Positions 20,585 through 30,586 of a stretch of DNA of 64,000 bases are shown one piece after another; the first letter of the stretch is position 1; each line of letters begins with the position of its first letter. A model generated the notes under the pieces. That model was not told the origin of the DNA. It saw only the letters and a list, made by a program, of their open reading frames with translations, and made no database searches. A program made the position numbers and the translations under genes. The stretch is from Bdellovibrionota bacterium (GTDB lineage Bacteria; Bdellovibrionota_C; UBA2361; JBIKUX01), in contig JBIKUX010000009.1 of the NCBI GenBank assembly GCA_044347345.1, positions 27,508 through 91,507 of the forward strand, written 5' to 3'.

Positions 20585-21763
20585 ATGAAACAAAAAAAAA
20601 CACTTGGTATTGATACCTTAGCTGTCCATGGCTTATCAGACAAGGCCGAAGTAGGTAAACCTAGTGGCATAACAGTTCCTTTTTCATGCTCTTGGGTACT
20701 TCCGCCTTCAGGTGATGGTGGGTTAAGTCACGACTACGGGCGCGTTGGAACCGAGCTCACTCTCAGACTAGAAGATCAGGTTTCTGCTCTTGAGGAAGGC
20801 AAATTCTGTGTTGTGTTTTCCTCAGGAATAACTGCATTAAATGCAGTTCTACTTACCCTTCAGCAGGGTGACTCAGTTGTATGCCAAAGTGTTTGTTACG
20901 GTAATACGATAAGACTACTCAGGGCTTGGGAAAAATTTGGTATACGTACTCATTTTTTAGATTTAACTGACAGTAAGTCTACAAACTCAATTGCCCAAAT
21001 TCGTCCGGCACTTGTCATGATTGAGTCTCCGAGCAATCCGTTATTGGATATCATCTCAATTAAAAAAGTGTCAGATACAGCTCACAGCGTAGGGGCAAAA
21101 GTTTTAGTTGATAATTCATGTGCTACTTCATGGAACCAAAAGCCTTTAACTCTTGGAGCTGATCTATCAGTAGTTAGTTTAACTAAGTACTACAATGGCC
21201 ACTCAACCGGAATGGGTGGAGCTGTAATTGTAAATGATCAAGATCTATACGATTCTTTGCTTATAAGCCGTAAAACTTTTGGTCTTCAACCTGGAAGCAT
21301 GGAGTGTGCTTTTACTATCCAAGGCATTCAGACATTACCGATTCGTATGGAACGAATCGGTAATTCTGCTCTTCAAATTGCAAAGTTTTTAGATGAGCAT
21401 CCAAAAATAAGTAAAGTATATTACCCATATTTATCGTCTCACCCTCAGTATAATCTTGCCTTAGAACAGATGAGATCAGGTAGTGGCGTTATATCAATTG
21501 AGCTGTCCGGCACTAGAGATTCAATTGATACTTTTACGGATAATTTGGCTCCGCTTTTTTCACGAGCGCACAGTTTCGGTAGTGTAAAATCTCAGGTCAG
21601 TGTACCAGCAAAGATGTCTCATGCTGCCGTAGATTCCGATGAACTAGCAAACATAGGGGTCAGTTCTAATTTAATTAGATTATCTATCGGTCTTGAAGAT
21701 CCATTCGACTTGATATCAACTTTAAGTGATGCATTATCCTTAATACCTGATGCCACTAAGTAG
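20585..21763 (+). CDS. PLP-dependent transsulfuration enzyme (cystathionine gamma-synthase/lyase family)
   Basis: YGR, FSSGI, ESPSNP, VDNS, SLTKYYNGHS, LIRLSIGLED. Confidence 0.9.
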   Translation: MKQKKTLGIDTLAVHGLSDKAEVGKPSGITVPFSCSWVLPPSGDGGLSHDYGRVGTELTLRLEDQVSALEEGKFCVVFSSGITALNAVLLTLQQGDSVVCQSVCYGNTIRLLRAWEKFGIRTHFLDLTDSKSTNSIAQIRPALVMIESPSNPLLDIISIKKVSDTAHSVGAKVLVDNSCATSWNQKPLTLGADLSVVSLTKYYNGHSTGMGGAVIVNDQDLYDSLLISRKTFGLQPGSMECAFTIQGIQTLPIRMERIGNSALQIAKFLDEHPKISKVYYPYLSSHPQYNLALEQMRSGSGVISIELSGTRDSIDTFTDNLAPLFSRAHSFGSVKSQVSVPAKMSHAAVDSDELANIGVSSNLIRLSIGLEDPFDLISTLSDALSLIPDATK

Positions 21764-21817
21764 TATTGGCATATTATTTTTTTGTTTTGTATCTTCTTTG
21801 CAGAAAAGTTTTTAATT

Positions 21818-23221
21818 TTAACCTAACCCTGCCAGAGCAGACGAAAGTGTACTTTGCTGGCTTTGAAGTTTCCCCATTAATGCTTCTAGGCGCGCAAAAC
21901 GCATTCGCAGTTGTTCCTCTTGTTTTTGTATTTGAGCTTCTGTTTCAGCGATTCGTGAATTTTGATTCTGTATCTGAGATGTATTGCTATTTTTGGTTAG
22001 ATCAATAAGACCACTAAATCTAGTGTAAAGATCAATTGTACCTCCAACAGATGCTACCGTATCAGAAAAGTTAGCAAGTAAATTACCCGTATCCGTTGGA
22101 TTAGTTTGGATAGCTTTTTCAAGAACGGCAGTATCTAGTTTTAATGAGCCGTCTCTTTCAGTACTAATTCCAAGATCAGCTAGTACACGAACAGTTCCAC
22201 TTGAGCCGCTTCTAGCGGCGGAGATTGCGTCCCTTAATGAAGAAATAGCTCCGTCATCAGTTCGTGTAGTTGCTAATGGTCCAAAGATGTTTTCGACCTC
22301 TTGCCCATCATCTTCACGACTTACGGCATTTTGCTCCCTATGTAGCTTGATTAAATCATTGTAAGCTTCAACAAAAGCAGTAACTCTCGATATTGTTGTT
22401 GATACATCAGCTCCTACTGTAATTGTAGTTGGGCTAGCACTTGTAGCTTGTAACTCAAAATTTATTCCAGGAAATAAATCTGTTACGGAATTAGAAGACC
22501 TAGTAATCGAACCGCTTACACCTGCCAAGGTAAATTGAGCATTTGTCGCCGGGTCTTGAGTAAGAGAAAGGGTTCCAATCGCGGAGCCAGTAGATATTGA
22601 AATAGTTCCCTGTGTGGTTCCAGGATTATTGGAGGTTATCATCAATCGGTAAGATGGACTGCTTGATGTTCCAACATTAACCGTTGAAGCTGTTGCTAAA
22701 TCGCTTGCTGAATTTATTTGTGATACTACATCAGCTAAAGTTGTTGTGCTTGAAAAAATGACTGATACAGTCTCTTGCGAAGGATTACCTACATTTACTG
22801 TCATTGTTCGATTAGCTTCTGATTCTCCGTTGTTTATTGATGGAAACATTGCTGAACTAAGAAGCGGATAAGAGGTATTATGAGTAACGGTATGATTGCG
22901 GGCGATACTGGTAATTGAGGAGATCGTGTAAGAACCTGGAGGCGCTGCATTTGTAGCTGAAGCTACTACAATACCTTCATTACTTGAACTTGCTGATTTA
23001 GCAACTCCACCACCATTAATAGTTCTAAATCCATCTAGCTTAGAGCGGATGTTTGTAAGCTTTGTGGCAAATTCTGTTAATGAAGAGTTTGTATCTTCAA
23101 GTTCACGAACCTTCTTCTTGGCTGGCTCAACTCGCGTTTTACGAAAAGTATCTGACTGTGCCTTTATAAGTGCAGATGTATCTATGCCCGAAGCTATTCC
23201 TGAAAAGTTAATGACCGGCAT
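21818..23221 (-). CDS. fliD: Flagellar filament capping protein FliD, paralogue 2
   Basis: INFSGIASGIDTS, NSVTDLFPGINFEL, FVEAYNDL, LADLGIS, RFARLE. Confidence 0.93.
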   Translation of the reverse strand: MPVINFSGIASGIDTSALIKAQSDTFRKTRVEPAKKKVRELEDTNSSLTEFATKLTNIRSKLDGFRTINGGGVAKSASSSNEGIVVASATNAAPPGSYTISSITSIARNHTVTHNTSYPLLSSAMFPSINNGESEANRTMTVNVGNPSQETVSVIFSSTTTLADVVSQINSASDLATASTVNVGTSSSPSYRLMITSNNPGTTQGTISISTGSAIGTLSLTQDPATNAQFTLAGVSGSITRSSNSVTDLFPGINFELQATSASPTTITVGADVSTTISRVTAFVEAYNDLIKLHREQNAVSREDDGQEVENIFGPLATTRTDDGAISSLRDAISAARSGSSGTVRVLADLGISTERDGSLKLDTAVLEKAIQTNPTDTGNLLANFSDTVASVGGTIDLYTRFSGLIDLTKNSNTSQIQNQNSRIAETEAQIQKQEEQLRMRFARLEALMGKLQSQQSTLSSALAGLG

Positions 23222-23468
23222 TAATGCCCTCTGTTGTTAGTGGTATCTTCCAAAATCATAGAGACAATTTCTGGATCAGCTGACTCTTGGAACCTTAAGC
23301 AATTTTTATGCAAAGTTTATCAACCAGAGGGGAGCAGATGTAAGATAGTACCTAATTAAACAAATAGGATTATGATATTACTTACTATTTTAGTGCCGGT
23401 TAGTATTACAATGAATTAGATTTTGAGCTAACTGAATTTCAGCGACTTACTCAATAATTCTATGAGGC

Positions 23469-25022
23469 TTAAAATAAGGCGTCATCTTCATCTGTATTGG
23501 CAAAATTTGCCAGAAGATCTGAACTAGAAGGTAATTGTGCACCAATACCTCCTTCACCAAATGCTCCTCCTAATTGAGGAAAAGAGGAAATAGTTTCTAT
23601 ATATGAATCGTCATAATGGGTTACTAACGGCGCAAAAGAAGTAGTTGCTCCAAGAAACGCTAGTTTAATTGTCCCTACCGGACCGTTTCTTTGTTTTGAT
23701 ATTATTATCTCAGCAATTCCTTTCTCTGGTGATTCGGCATGATATACTTCATCTCGGTAGATAAACATAATCACGTCAGCATCTTGCTCAATAGCTCCAG
23801 ATTCACGTAAATCTGACATCTGAGGCCGTTTATTATCTCTGGATTCAACAGACCGATTAAGCTGCGACAATGCAATTACTGGTACCTGAAGCTCTTTTGC
23901 AAGAGCTTTCAGAGATCGGGATATATCGGAAATCTCCTGCTCTCTAAATTTGCTGTATACTGGGCTACGCATTAATTGAAGGTAGTCAACAATAACTAGA
24001 GCTAAAGGATGTTCTTTATGAAGTCTACGACATTTTGCTCTTAATTCTGTTATTGTTAATCCTCCAGTATCGTCTATGAATATTTTACTCTCAGCAATTC
24101 TACTAGCGGCATCTACTAGCCTTGGAAAATCTCTATCACCAAGATGCCCTGTTCGCACTTTTGCATTATCCACTTCAGCAAGAGAACATAACAACCTAAG
24201 CACTAACTGTTCTTTGGACATTTCTAATGAAAATAAAGCAACTGCTCTAGGTCCACTTTTCAGATTATTTGGAATACCGATATAACTAGCTATATTTAAA
24301 GCTAACGAAGTTTTACCCATTGAAGGACGAGCCGCAATAATTATTAGGTCACTCGCCTGAAAACCAGCAGTCATCTTGTCTAAATCCCCAAAACCTGAAC
24401 CAATACCGGTAACTATTTCTTTACGGTCGTAGAGCTGTTCAATAATTTTTATAGATTCCTGAACAACATCACCTGCTTTATGGAACGATGAATTGATTCG
24501 GTGCTCAGAAACACTGAGGATGCGCTGCTCTACCTTATCAAGAAATTCTTCAATTTCTTGCTCGTCACCAAAGGCCTCGGCTACAATCTCAGTAGCCTCA
24601 CGTATGATTCTACGACGAAGGGCGTGCTCCTTAACTAAGCGAGCGTAGTGACCGACATTAGCAGAGCTTGGCACCATAGTAGCTAAGCGAGTAATTTCTT
24701 CGCTACCTCCAATAGCTTCTAAAGCGCGATTGGCCTTTAATCTTTGTCCTAAGGTTACGACATCTATGGGCTCGCGTTTTTCCCATAAAGCAGTCATCGC
24801 CTCAAATATCAGGGAAAGGGCTGGTCGATAAAAATCATGTGCAGTAAGAATCTCAACAGCAATATTAAGAGCGCCGTTATCCAATAATATTGCACCTATG
24901 ACTGATTCCTCTGCTTCAATTGAATGTGGTGGCATTTTCGAGGAGGAGCCCAAAGAAGTGTCTTCTTCCTTATTTACTGACTTAGGACGCCGGCTATTTT
25001 TGAAATCAGATGCCGAATACAT
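23469..25022 (-). CDS. dnaB: Replicative DNA helicase
   Basis: PPHSIEAE, AARPSMGKT, FSLEMS, VDYLQL, LSQLNR, DLRESGAIEQDAD, KQRNGP; no intein visible. Confidence 0.98.
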   Translation of the reverse strand: MYSASDFKNSRRPKSVNKEEDTSLGSSSKMPPHSIEAEESVIGAILLDNGALNIAVEILTAHDFYRPALSLIFEAMTALWEKREPIDVVTLGQRLKANRALEAIGGSEEITRLATMVPSSANVGHYARLVKEHALRRRIIREATEIVAEAFGDEQEIEEFLDKVEQRILSVSEHRINSSFHKAGDVVQESIKIIEQLYDRKEIVTGIGSGFGDLDKMTAGFQASDLIIIAARPSMGKTSLALNIASYIGIPNNLKSGPRAVALFSLEMSKEQLVLRLLCSLAEVDNAKVRTGHLGDRDFPRLVDAASRIAESKIFIDDTGGLTITELRAKCRRLHKEHPLALVIVDYLQLMRSPVYSKFREQEISDISRSLKALAKELQVPVIALSQLNRSVESRDNKRPQMSDLRESGAIEQDADVIMFIYRDEVYHAESPEKGIAEIIISKQRNGPVGTIKLAFLGATTSFAPLVTHYDDSYIETISSFPQLGGAFGEGGIGAQLPSSSDLLANFANTDEDDALF

Positions 25023-25122
25023 AGTTGTTACTCAAGAAAAGAAAAACACTCGTTGAAGTTCAAGGAGAACAAAAAACAGAGATAAAAAATGCCTTAAGTT
25101 TACGTTAAAATGCGAATACCAA

Positions 25123-26013
25123 TTAATCCATCGCGAGCCATATTGTATCTGCATTGGATAGATCGATCCATTTAGCGGCTGATTTTAGAACATCTCCAGG
25201 ATTAAACTGACCAAAATCAACACTAACCGTATCAACGTTCATTTTGTTTAATAACTCTATGGGGCGAGCTAGCTCTCGACTTGGGCAAACCACAGTGACA
25301 ATCTTTTGAGCGGTTTGTATCTTCGAGGAATCGCAAAAATTGTTTATCTCTGTTTTATCAGCACTATACTGTTGTGCCTTCACTAAAGTATTACTACAAC
25401 TTGATTTATCGTCATCCCTAGCTGTACTTGTAGCTGCTGTTAAATCATCACTAATGGGTATGTTAGCTTCATTTTCTCTTTTTACTTGAAAGTCAATATG
25501 ACCTAGTCCAAAAGCCATGATGTCAACAGCCATATCAAAGTCCACCGCAACTTGACGATTGATTCCTTTGGGCGGAAGACGTTTTAAAATTACTTCGAGT
25601 CCAGCATTTCTTACCGCATCAAGAAATGAATGGTGACGAGAGTCATCTTCATACGGTATAATGGTATAGTATCTGGCGATTCTGGGGTCGATTCCACCAC
25701 ATACTCCCCGCAGTAGTGCTGATAGATCAATTTTTTTGTTAAGACGCCGAGAGGCTCGGTCTAAAGCTGTTCCGTCAATAAATACAGCGTGATCTCGGGG
25801 AGCTCCTCCGCGACGGCGAATAACTTTTGAGGATGGTAAATTACCTTTGTATTGATATTTCTGCTGTAAGTATTTTTGTGAAGGATTGTTCATGTTAACT
25901 ACTACTACGTTATCACCTTCGGAGGGGTTAGTTAAAGGACGGTCAGTATATTCCACACTTCTTAAGTATTCTACACTTCCTAGGAATTCTAAACGGTTCT
26001 GATTATATTTCAT
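25123..26013 (-). CDS. NYN (LabA/DUF88-like) domain protein, probably catalytically degenerate
   Basis: VFIDG, ARYY, VDFDMAVD, L.KSAAKWIDL pattern; start uncertain. Confidence 0.75.
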   Translation of the reverse strand: MKYNQNRLEFLGSVEYLRSVEYTDRPLTNPSEGDNVVVVNMNNPSQKYLQQKYQYKGNLPSSKVIRRRGGAPRDHAVFIDGTALDRASRRLNKKIDLSALLRGVCGGIDPRIARYYTIIPYEDDSRHHSFLDAVRNAGLEVILKRLPPKGINRQVAVDFDMAVDIMAFGLGHIDFQVKRENEANIPISDDLTAATSTARDDDKSSCSNTLVKAQQYSADKTEINNFCDSSKIQTAQKIVTVVCPSRELARPIELLNKMNVDTVSVDFGQFNPGDVLKSAAKWIDLSNADTIWLAMD

Positions 26014-26345
26014 CTTCTCTAGCTAACACGTTTCTTACTAGCCTATTAGTTTCTACCCTAATTTATTGTTAATTTTAATTGCTTTCTATTCTATAGCTTA
26101 CCTAAGCAAGTCTTGTATTCAAACTGTCGATAGAAGCAAGACGCTTTACTATTTGGAGGAAGAACTTAAAGAGTCAAGTACTTCCTCAAAACATTCCACT
26201 AATTTACCGCCTCCTATCTTACTTAGTGACGCGCTCTCACTTAATTACTGCATTATTAATTACGAATAAATCCTGAGGCCTTTTCGACTGTAAAATAATA
26301 ACGGCGTTAACACGGGTATGGCACTAACAGATTTCTATGTGGCCT

Positions 26346-27122
26346 TTAATTATTGCTCCGAATAATTACAACAGCTTTATTTGGAAGGATTCTGTACAGT
26401 TCCTCTACAATAGGACACGGAAGCCTCGCTCCTTTTACTTCCGGTAACCTACTAGAAGCACAATAAAGTACCATATCATCGGCTACAAAAAGCGCCATAG
26501 GCCCAAGTACATTTTCTAAGAAACGCTCAGCCGCATAAGGAGGCGGGACAGGTAATTTTCGAGCCTTAAAGTATTCATCAGGAGCATACCAATTAGGCAA
26601 AGCCTCTCGGTGAATTACTCTATAATTTCCCCTCGGAAAATCTACCAAGTCGGTGACGGATGAATCTGAGACTCCTAAATACCACATTTTTGGCTTAGTT
26701 TCCTCTGCTGTATATAGCGCTACAGTAGCGCTCTTATTCGCATAATCTATTGTCACAAAAGGCCTAGAAAAGGGAAGTATTACGGCCTTTTCATAATCTT
26801 TTGGGAGTGGCAGAAATCCAAAAGTGTCCCCTTTAAAATTAGAGGCTCTAGCTAGTTTAAAATTATTGGTTTTGTTTTTTCTTGTAGCAGAAGCTATATT
26901 AGAGCTTATACCTTCATTTATAGAGGGCATAGCACGAACTAACGACACAGAGCCAGACAATTCTTGGGCAGAAATAGCCGAAGTTAAGTTTGATGAAGTT
27001 GAGAAGAAAGTGTGAGATTGAACATTAGAAGATTGATAAGAGCACCCTATGACCGAAGTTAAGCTAAAAATAAAACAAGTTTTACAAAGAAAGGCATAAG
27101 ATAATTCAGGAATGTTAGCCAT
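26346..27122 (-). CDS. YkuD/L,D-transpeptidase-like lipoprotein, degenerate active site
   Basis: Possible lipobox VIGC; G.YRV...P.W.AP, NVLGPMAL, RL...VEELY pattern. Confidence 0.65.
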   Translation of the reverse strand: MANIPELSYAFLCKTCFIFSLTSVIGCSYQSSNVQSHTFFSTSSNLTSAISAQELSGSVSLVRAMPSINEGISSNIASATRKNKTNNFKLARASNFKGDTFGFLPLPKDYEKAVILPFSRPFVTIDYANKSATVALYTAEETKPKMWYLGVSDSSVTDLVDFPRGNYRVIHREALPNWYAPDEYFKARKLPVPPPYAAERFLENVLGPMALFVADDMVLYCASSRLPEVKGARLPCPIVEELYRILPNKAVVIIRSNN

Positions 27123-28287
27123 AGTTGTCGCTTAAAAACATATACATCTACGCACACTTTTGATGATCTTGTTCAAAATTGTGCGCCTATTATTTACCTT
27201 ATAAAGTTAGCGTATATTTCAAAAAAATCTAACTTTCATTTAAAAGACAATACTACCTAGAAAAAAATTTGCACTAGCCTGTGTAGTATAGTTGGAAATA
27301 CAACACAGAGTAATACTGTTTTTTCCCCAGAGCCTTGGTAGCTTAACTAATAAGCAATTTTTTTTGTTATTGATTAAATGTTAGTAAGTTTGGTATTTGA
27401 ATATTCTTAGGTGAAAAAATAAAAAAGTGCTTGGTTGTTTTTTTTAAATTCTTGGATTAGTTTTCGCACAAAATTTTAATTTTTGTATTGCTTAGCTTTG
27501 TTTTTGGTTTTACCAGTACTCGGTCAGTTTCATATGATGAAAGTAAAAGGAGTTTTTTTCTGCAAACGGCACTTTATTACAAATGGCGTCTTTATTGCAG
27601 GGAACGGCTTTACTGCCAACGAACCTTGTATTATACCGAGACGATTCTATTGAAAAGCTACTAGTGGAAAAGAACAGTAAAAAGTTAATGTTCTATCGTG
27701 ACATCATAAGTTTTTTGTAATAGTTAAGGAGTACTTTTTAGCACAGGAGATTTTTCTCAAGCATATTGTTTGAAAATTAGTACTAAATACAACTAAAGAG
27801 AGGACTACATTAAAGTGCTAAACTTTAGGAAGTAATTTTAGAAACGATTAGCTTAGTCAGTTGGCTGGCTAGCTTTATAAAAGGTGAAAGGAGGGCTAAT
27901 ACTACTATTTACATGACTAAACTTAACAAAAATTAAAAGTTTTTGGTTTAAAATGTGAGTTTTACCGAAAAAAGTAATAAAAAATTTTAGTAAACTAACT
28001 ATTTAAGATCATAAAACTCAAACAATTGTTAAAATAACGTTTAGAACTAACCCAAAACAGTTTTTTAGGCGATTAGTTCAGTGGCAAAATATATGCGGTT
28101 ACAATCATTCTTTACAGAATTTTCTAGGCAGCGTTTTTCCTAGCTTAATTCTTTAAAGGTAAAGGGCTCGCGCTTTTAGCTGTTAGTTAGACGTTTCACT
28201 TTTTGTTATTAAAGCTTACAAGTGAAATATTAATAGTGGCGAAGTAAAAAGTGAGCTGAGAGTATCTGCCTTTGTGAGCAACAAATT

Positions 28288-29178
28288 ATGGTTATATTTG
28301 GTAAGTTTTGCGGTTTAAACCTACTTTCAAAAAAAGGTCGTAACTTTTCTCTCCAAACTCATCTAGCATCTCAACGAAAGCTTAATTTACAGCGTGTTTT
28401 TTCATGCAGGTATATCTTCTTATCTGTAGTAGTTGCTACTATAGACGGGTGTTCATTAGCTGGGCAAGTTACTAACACATCTCAGTCGTCACTACACGAG
28501 TACGCTCGGTACACAGATGGTGGCGATGATAGTGATGCTCCAGACACATTGTTTGATGGGGAGTTTAACGCAAACTCATTTAATTTAGTGGCGGATAGTG
28601 ACGCTCCAACATTTCTACCTCGACCCCAACTTGTTATGACTCCAGAGGTTAGGCGCGAGCTTAATCGATTAGTTCTTCGAGACCGTTCATATATCGAGAG
28701 TGCAGTTCCAAAGTATCAGGCTTACAGACCTAGAATAGAACGGATATTTTCCCGCCACGGTCTTCCACCAGAATTGATAAACTTAGCCATCGTTGAAAGC
28801 AGATTTCAACACAATGCAAGGAGCCACAAGGGTGCTGTCGGTTTGTGGCAGTTTATGCGTGAAACAGCGCATTCCTTCGGTCTTAGAACCCACGGTCGTG
28901 ATGAGCGTTTAGATCCGATTCGATCTTCTGTAGCGGCAGCTAGGTATTTGCGGTTTCTGTACGAAGAATTTCAAGACTGGCATCTTGCTCTTGCTGCTTA
29001 CAATACCGGTCAGGGTCGATTAGCTAGAGCGCTTGACAGGGTAGGGACGGACAACTTTTGGCAACTAGCTCGATCTGGTGAGCTAGCTCGCGAAACTGCG
29101 GAATTTGTTCCCAGATTTATAGCCATAACAATGATTATGAAAAATCCTGAGGCTTACGGTTTTGAGCGATTCTCCTAG
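28288..29178 (+). CDS. Lytic transglycosylase (SLT domain, MltD-like, no LysM)
   Basis: LAIVES, A.S..GAVGLWQFM, DERLDP..S..AAARYL, LALAAYN.G, ET..FVPR. Confidence 0.93.
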   Translation: MVIFGKFCGLNLLSKKGRNFSLQTHLASQRKLNLQRVFSCRYIFLSVVVATIDGCSLAGQVTNTSQSSLHEYARYTDGGDDSDAPDTLFDGEFNANSFNLVADSDAPTFLPRPQLVMTPEVRRELNRLVLRDRSYIESAVPKYQAYRPRIERIFSRHGLPPELINLAIVESRFQHNARSHKGAVGLWQFMRETAHSFGLRTHGRDERLDPIRSSVAAARYLRFLYEEFQDWHLALAAYNTGQGRLARALDRVGTDNFWQLARSGELARETAEFVPRFIAITMIMKNPEAYGFERFS

Positions 29179-29707
29179 TAGCCTTGGCAAAAATATTACT
29201 GCTCTGCGCGTAGGAAGTGGAGTAGATGTTCATCGATTTTTAAATAAAGACAGTAGTGAGCACTGTGCTCCTAGGCCACTGGTTCTTGGAGGTGTGTGTA
29301 TTCCTCATGAAAATGGGTTGGAGGGTCATTCAGATGCGGATGTCTTGGTTCATGCTCTAATGGATGCATTACTAGGTGCTGTCGCTTTAGGAGATATAGG
29401 CACTCATTTTCCTCCTTCGGACAATAAATACAAGGGAATTAGCAGTATTTTGCTTCTTGAGCATGTTGTAAGCTTACTTGAAATAGACCGATGGTTCATT
29501 ATTAATGTAGATTGTATGGTGATAACTGAAGCCCCTAGACTGCGACCCTACATTGATAAAATTCGTTTGAAATTAGCAGAGTCTCTCAAGATTGGAATAG
29601 AAGCAGTTAGTGTTAAAGCTGGTACCAACGAGAAGCTGGGTTTTATTGGGCGAGAAGAGGGTATGATGGCATTAGCAACTGTGCTAGTCGGGAAAGGAGG
29701 TTGCTAA
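29162..29707 (+). CDS. ispF: 2-C-methyl-D-erythritol 2,4-cyclodiphosphate synthase
   Basis: GVDVH, GHSDADV..HAL.DALLGA, GDIG.HFP, E.LGFIGREEG. Confidence 0.96.
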   Translation: MSDSPSSLGKNITALRVGSGVDVHRFLNKDSSEHCAPRPLVLGGVCIPHENGLEGHSDADVLVHALMDALLGAVALGDIGTHFPPSDNKYKGISSILLLEHVVSLLEIDRWFIINVDCMVITEAPRLRPYIDKIRLKLAESLKIGIEAVSVKAGTNEKLGFIGREEGMMALATVLVGKGGC

Positions 29708-29791
29708 AAAAGAAAAACGAGCGACGAGCTTTCAGACGATGCTAGCCTAAGTCCGCTTGTCTGAGGGTATAAAATTAAATTATAAAATTAA

Positions 29792-30178
29792 ATGCAGTCA
29801 CTAGATATAAATTTAGAGATACCTAATTTAAACGTTCCTGTCACACTAGGTTGGAGTGCTGAGGAACGCGCGTTTCCTCAGATAATATCCGTATCAATAT
29901 CTGCCCAGTTAAAATTAAGCAGGGTCTTTTCTACCGATAATCTTGAAGATACTGAGAATTATGTAGAACTTGTCGAAAAAACTAAAGATTTTGTGAGTAC
30001 TGGAGAGTGGCGCCTTGTTGAAATGTTGCTTTTTCAATTAGTCCGGTACCTCTTTAACGAGTTTAAGCTAGTGCAGTCTCTTAAAATCAGCATTGAAAAA
30101 CGTATAATTCCAGACGTACCTGGAATAGTCTTTACTTTGTCGCAGAAACGATGCGAGATCGAAAAAAACAATGATTAA
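29792..30178 (+). CDS. folB: Dihydroneopterin aldolase-like protein
   Basis: LGW..EER..PQ, D.LEDT.NY, LVE, I.K. Confidence 0.75.
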   Translation: MQSLDINLEIPNLNVPVTLGWSAEERAFPQIISVSISAQLKLSRVFSTDNLEDTENYVELVEKTKDFVSTGEWRLVEMLLFQLVRYLFNEFKLVQSLKISIEKRIIPDVPGIVFTLSQKRCEIEKNND

Positions 30179-30255
30179 TAAAGGGTTTAATCAGTTTAGA
30201 TTAAGCAGAGCTGTTAAATCAAAAACAAAAAATTAATTACACCGACCCCACACAG

Positions 30256-30284
30256 TTGACACATGTCGTCAATCCGAACACAAT
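30256..30284 (+). promoter_or_regulatory. Putative sigma70 promoter of rpmE
   Basis: TTGACA-17 bp-CACAAT upstream of ATG 30320. Confidence 0.5.
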
Positions 30285-30319
30285 TAGAAGCCTTTAAGCA
30301 CAAATAATTAAGAGTTTTT

Positions 30320-30541
30320 ATGAAATCAGAAGGTCACCCAAAGTATTACAAAGCTGTAGTTATGTGCGCTGGTTGCGGAAATACTTTCAAAGTAGGGTCA
30401 ACTATTCCAGAAATCAGAGTAGGTGTATGCAGTAACTGCCATCCTTTTTATACTGGCGCACAGAAGCTTGTGGATACGGAAGGTAGGGTTGATCGCTTCA
30501 AAAAGAAATATGCTAAGTTTGGTCAAAAACCTGCCTCTTGA
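30320..30541 (+). CDS. rpmE: 50S ribosomal protein L31 (zinc-binding type)
   Basis: [29 protein letters not shown]. Confidence 0.97.
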   Translation: MKSEGHPKYYKAVVMCAGCGNTFKVGSTIPEIRVGVCSNCHPFYTGAQKLVDTEGRVDRFKKKYAKFGQKPAS

Positions 30542-30586
30542 GCCAAATAGTCACTTTACAGATGTTTTGGTGCATCGGTTAAAAAA

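Noticed and set aside
23297-23314. sigma54 promoter for the second fliD (minus strand TTGCAT-AAAAA-TTGCT)
   Set aside because: Spacing fits but the invariant -24 GG is TG; not supportable.
26066-26269. 67-aa + strand ORF and hairpin at 26156-26187
   Set aside because: TTG start, no RBS or motif; the hairpin lacks a U-tract in the orientation needed for a terminator.
27123-28287. Replication origin (AT-rich, near dnaB)
   Set aside because: No convincing DnaA-box cluster seen and no dnaA/dnaN/gidA context.
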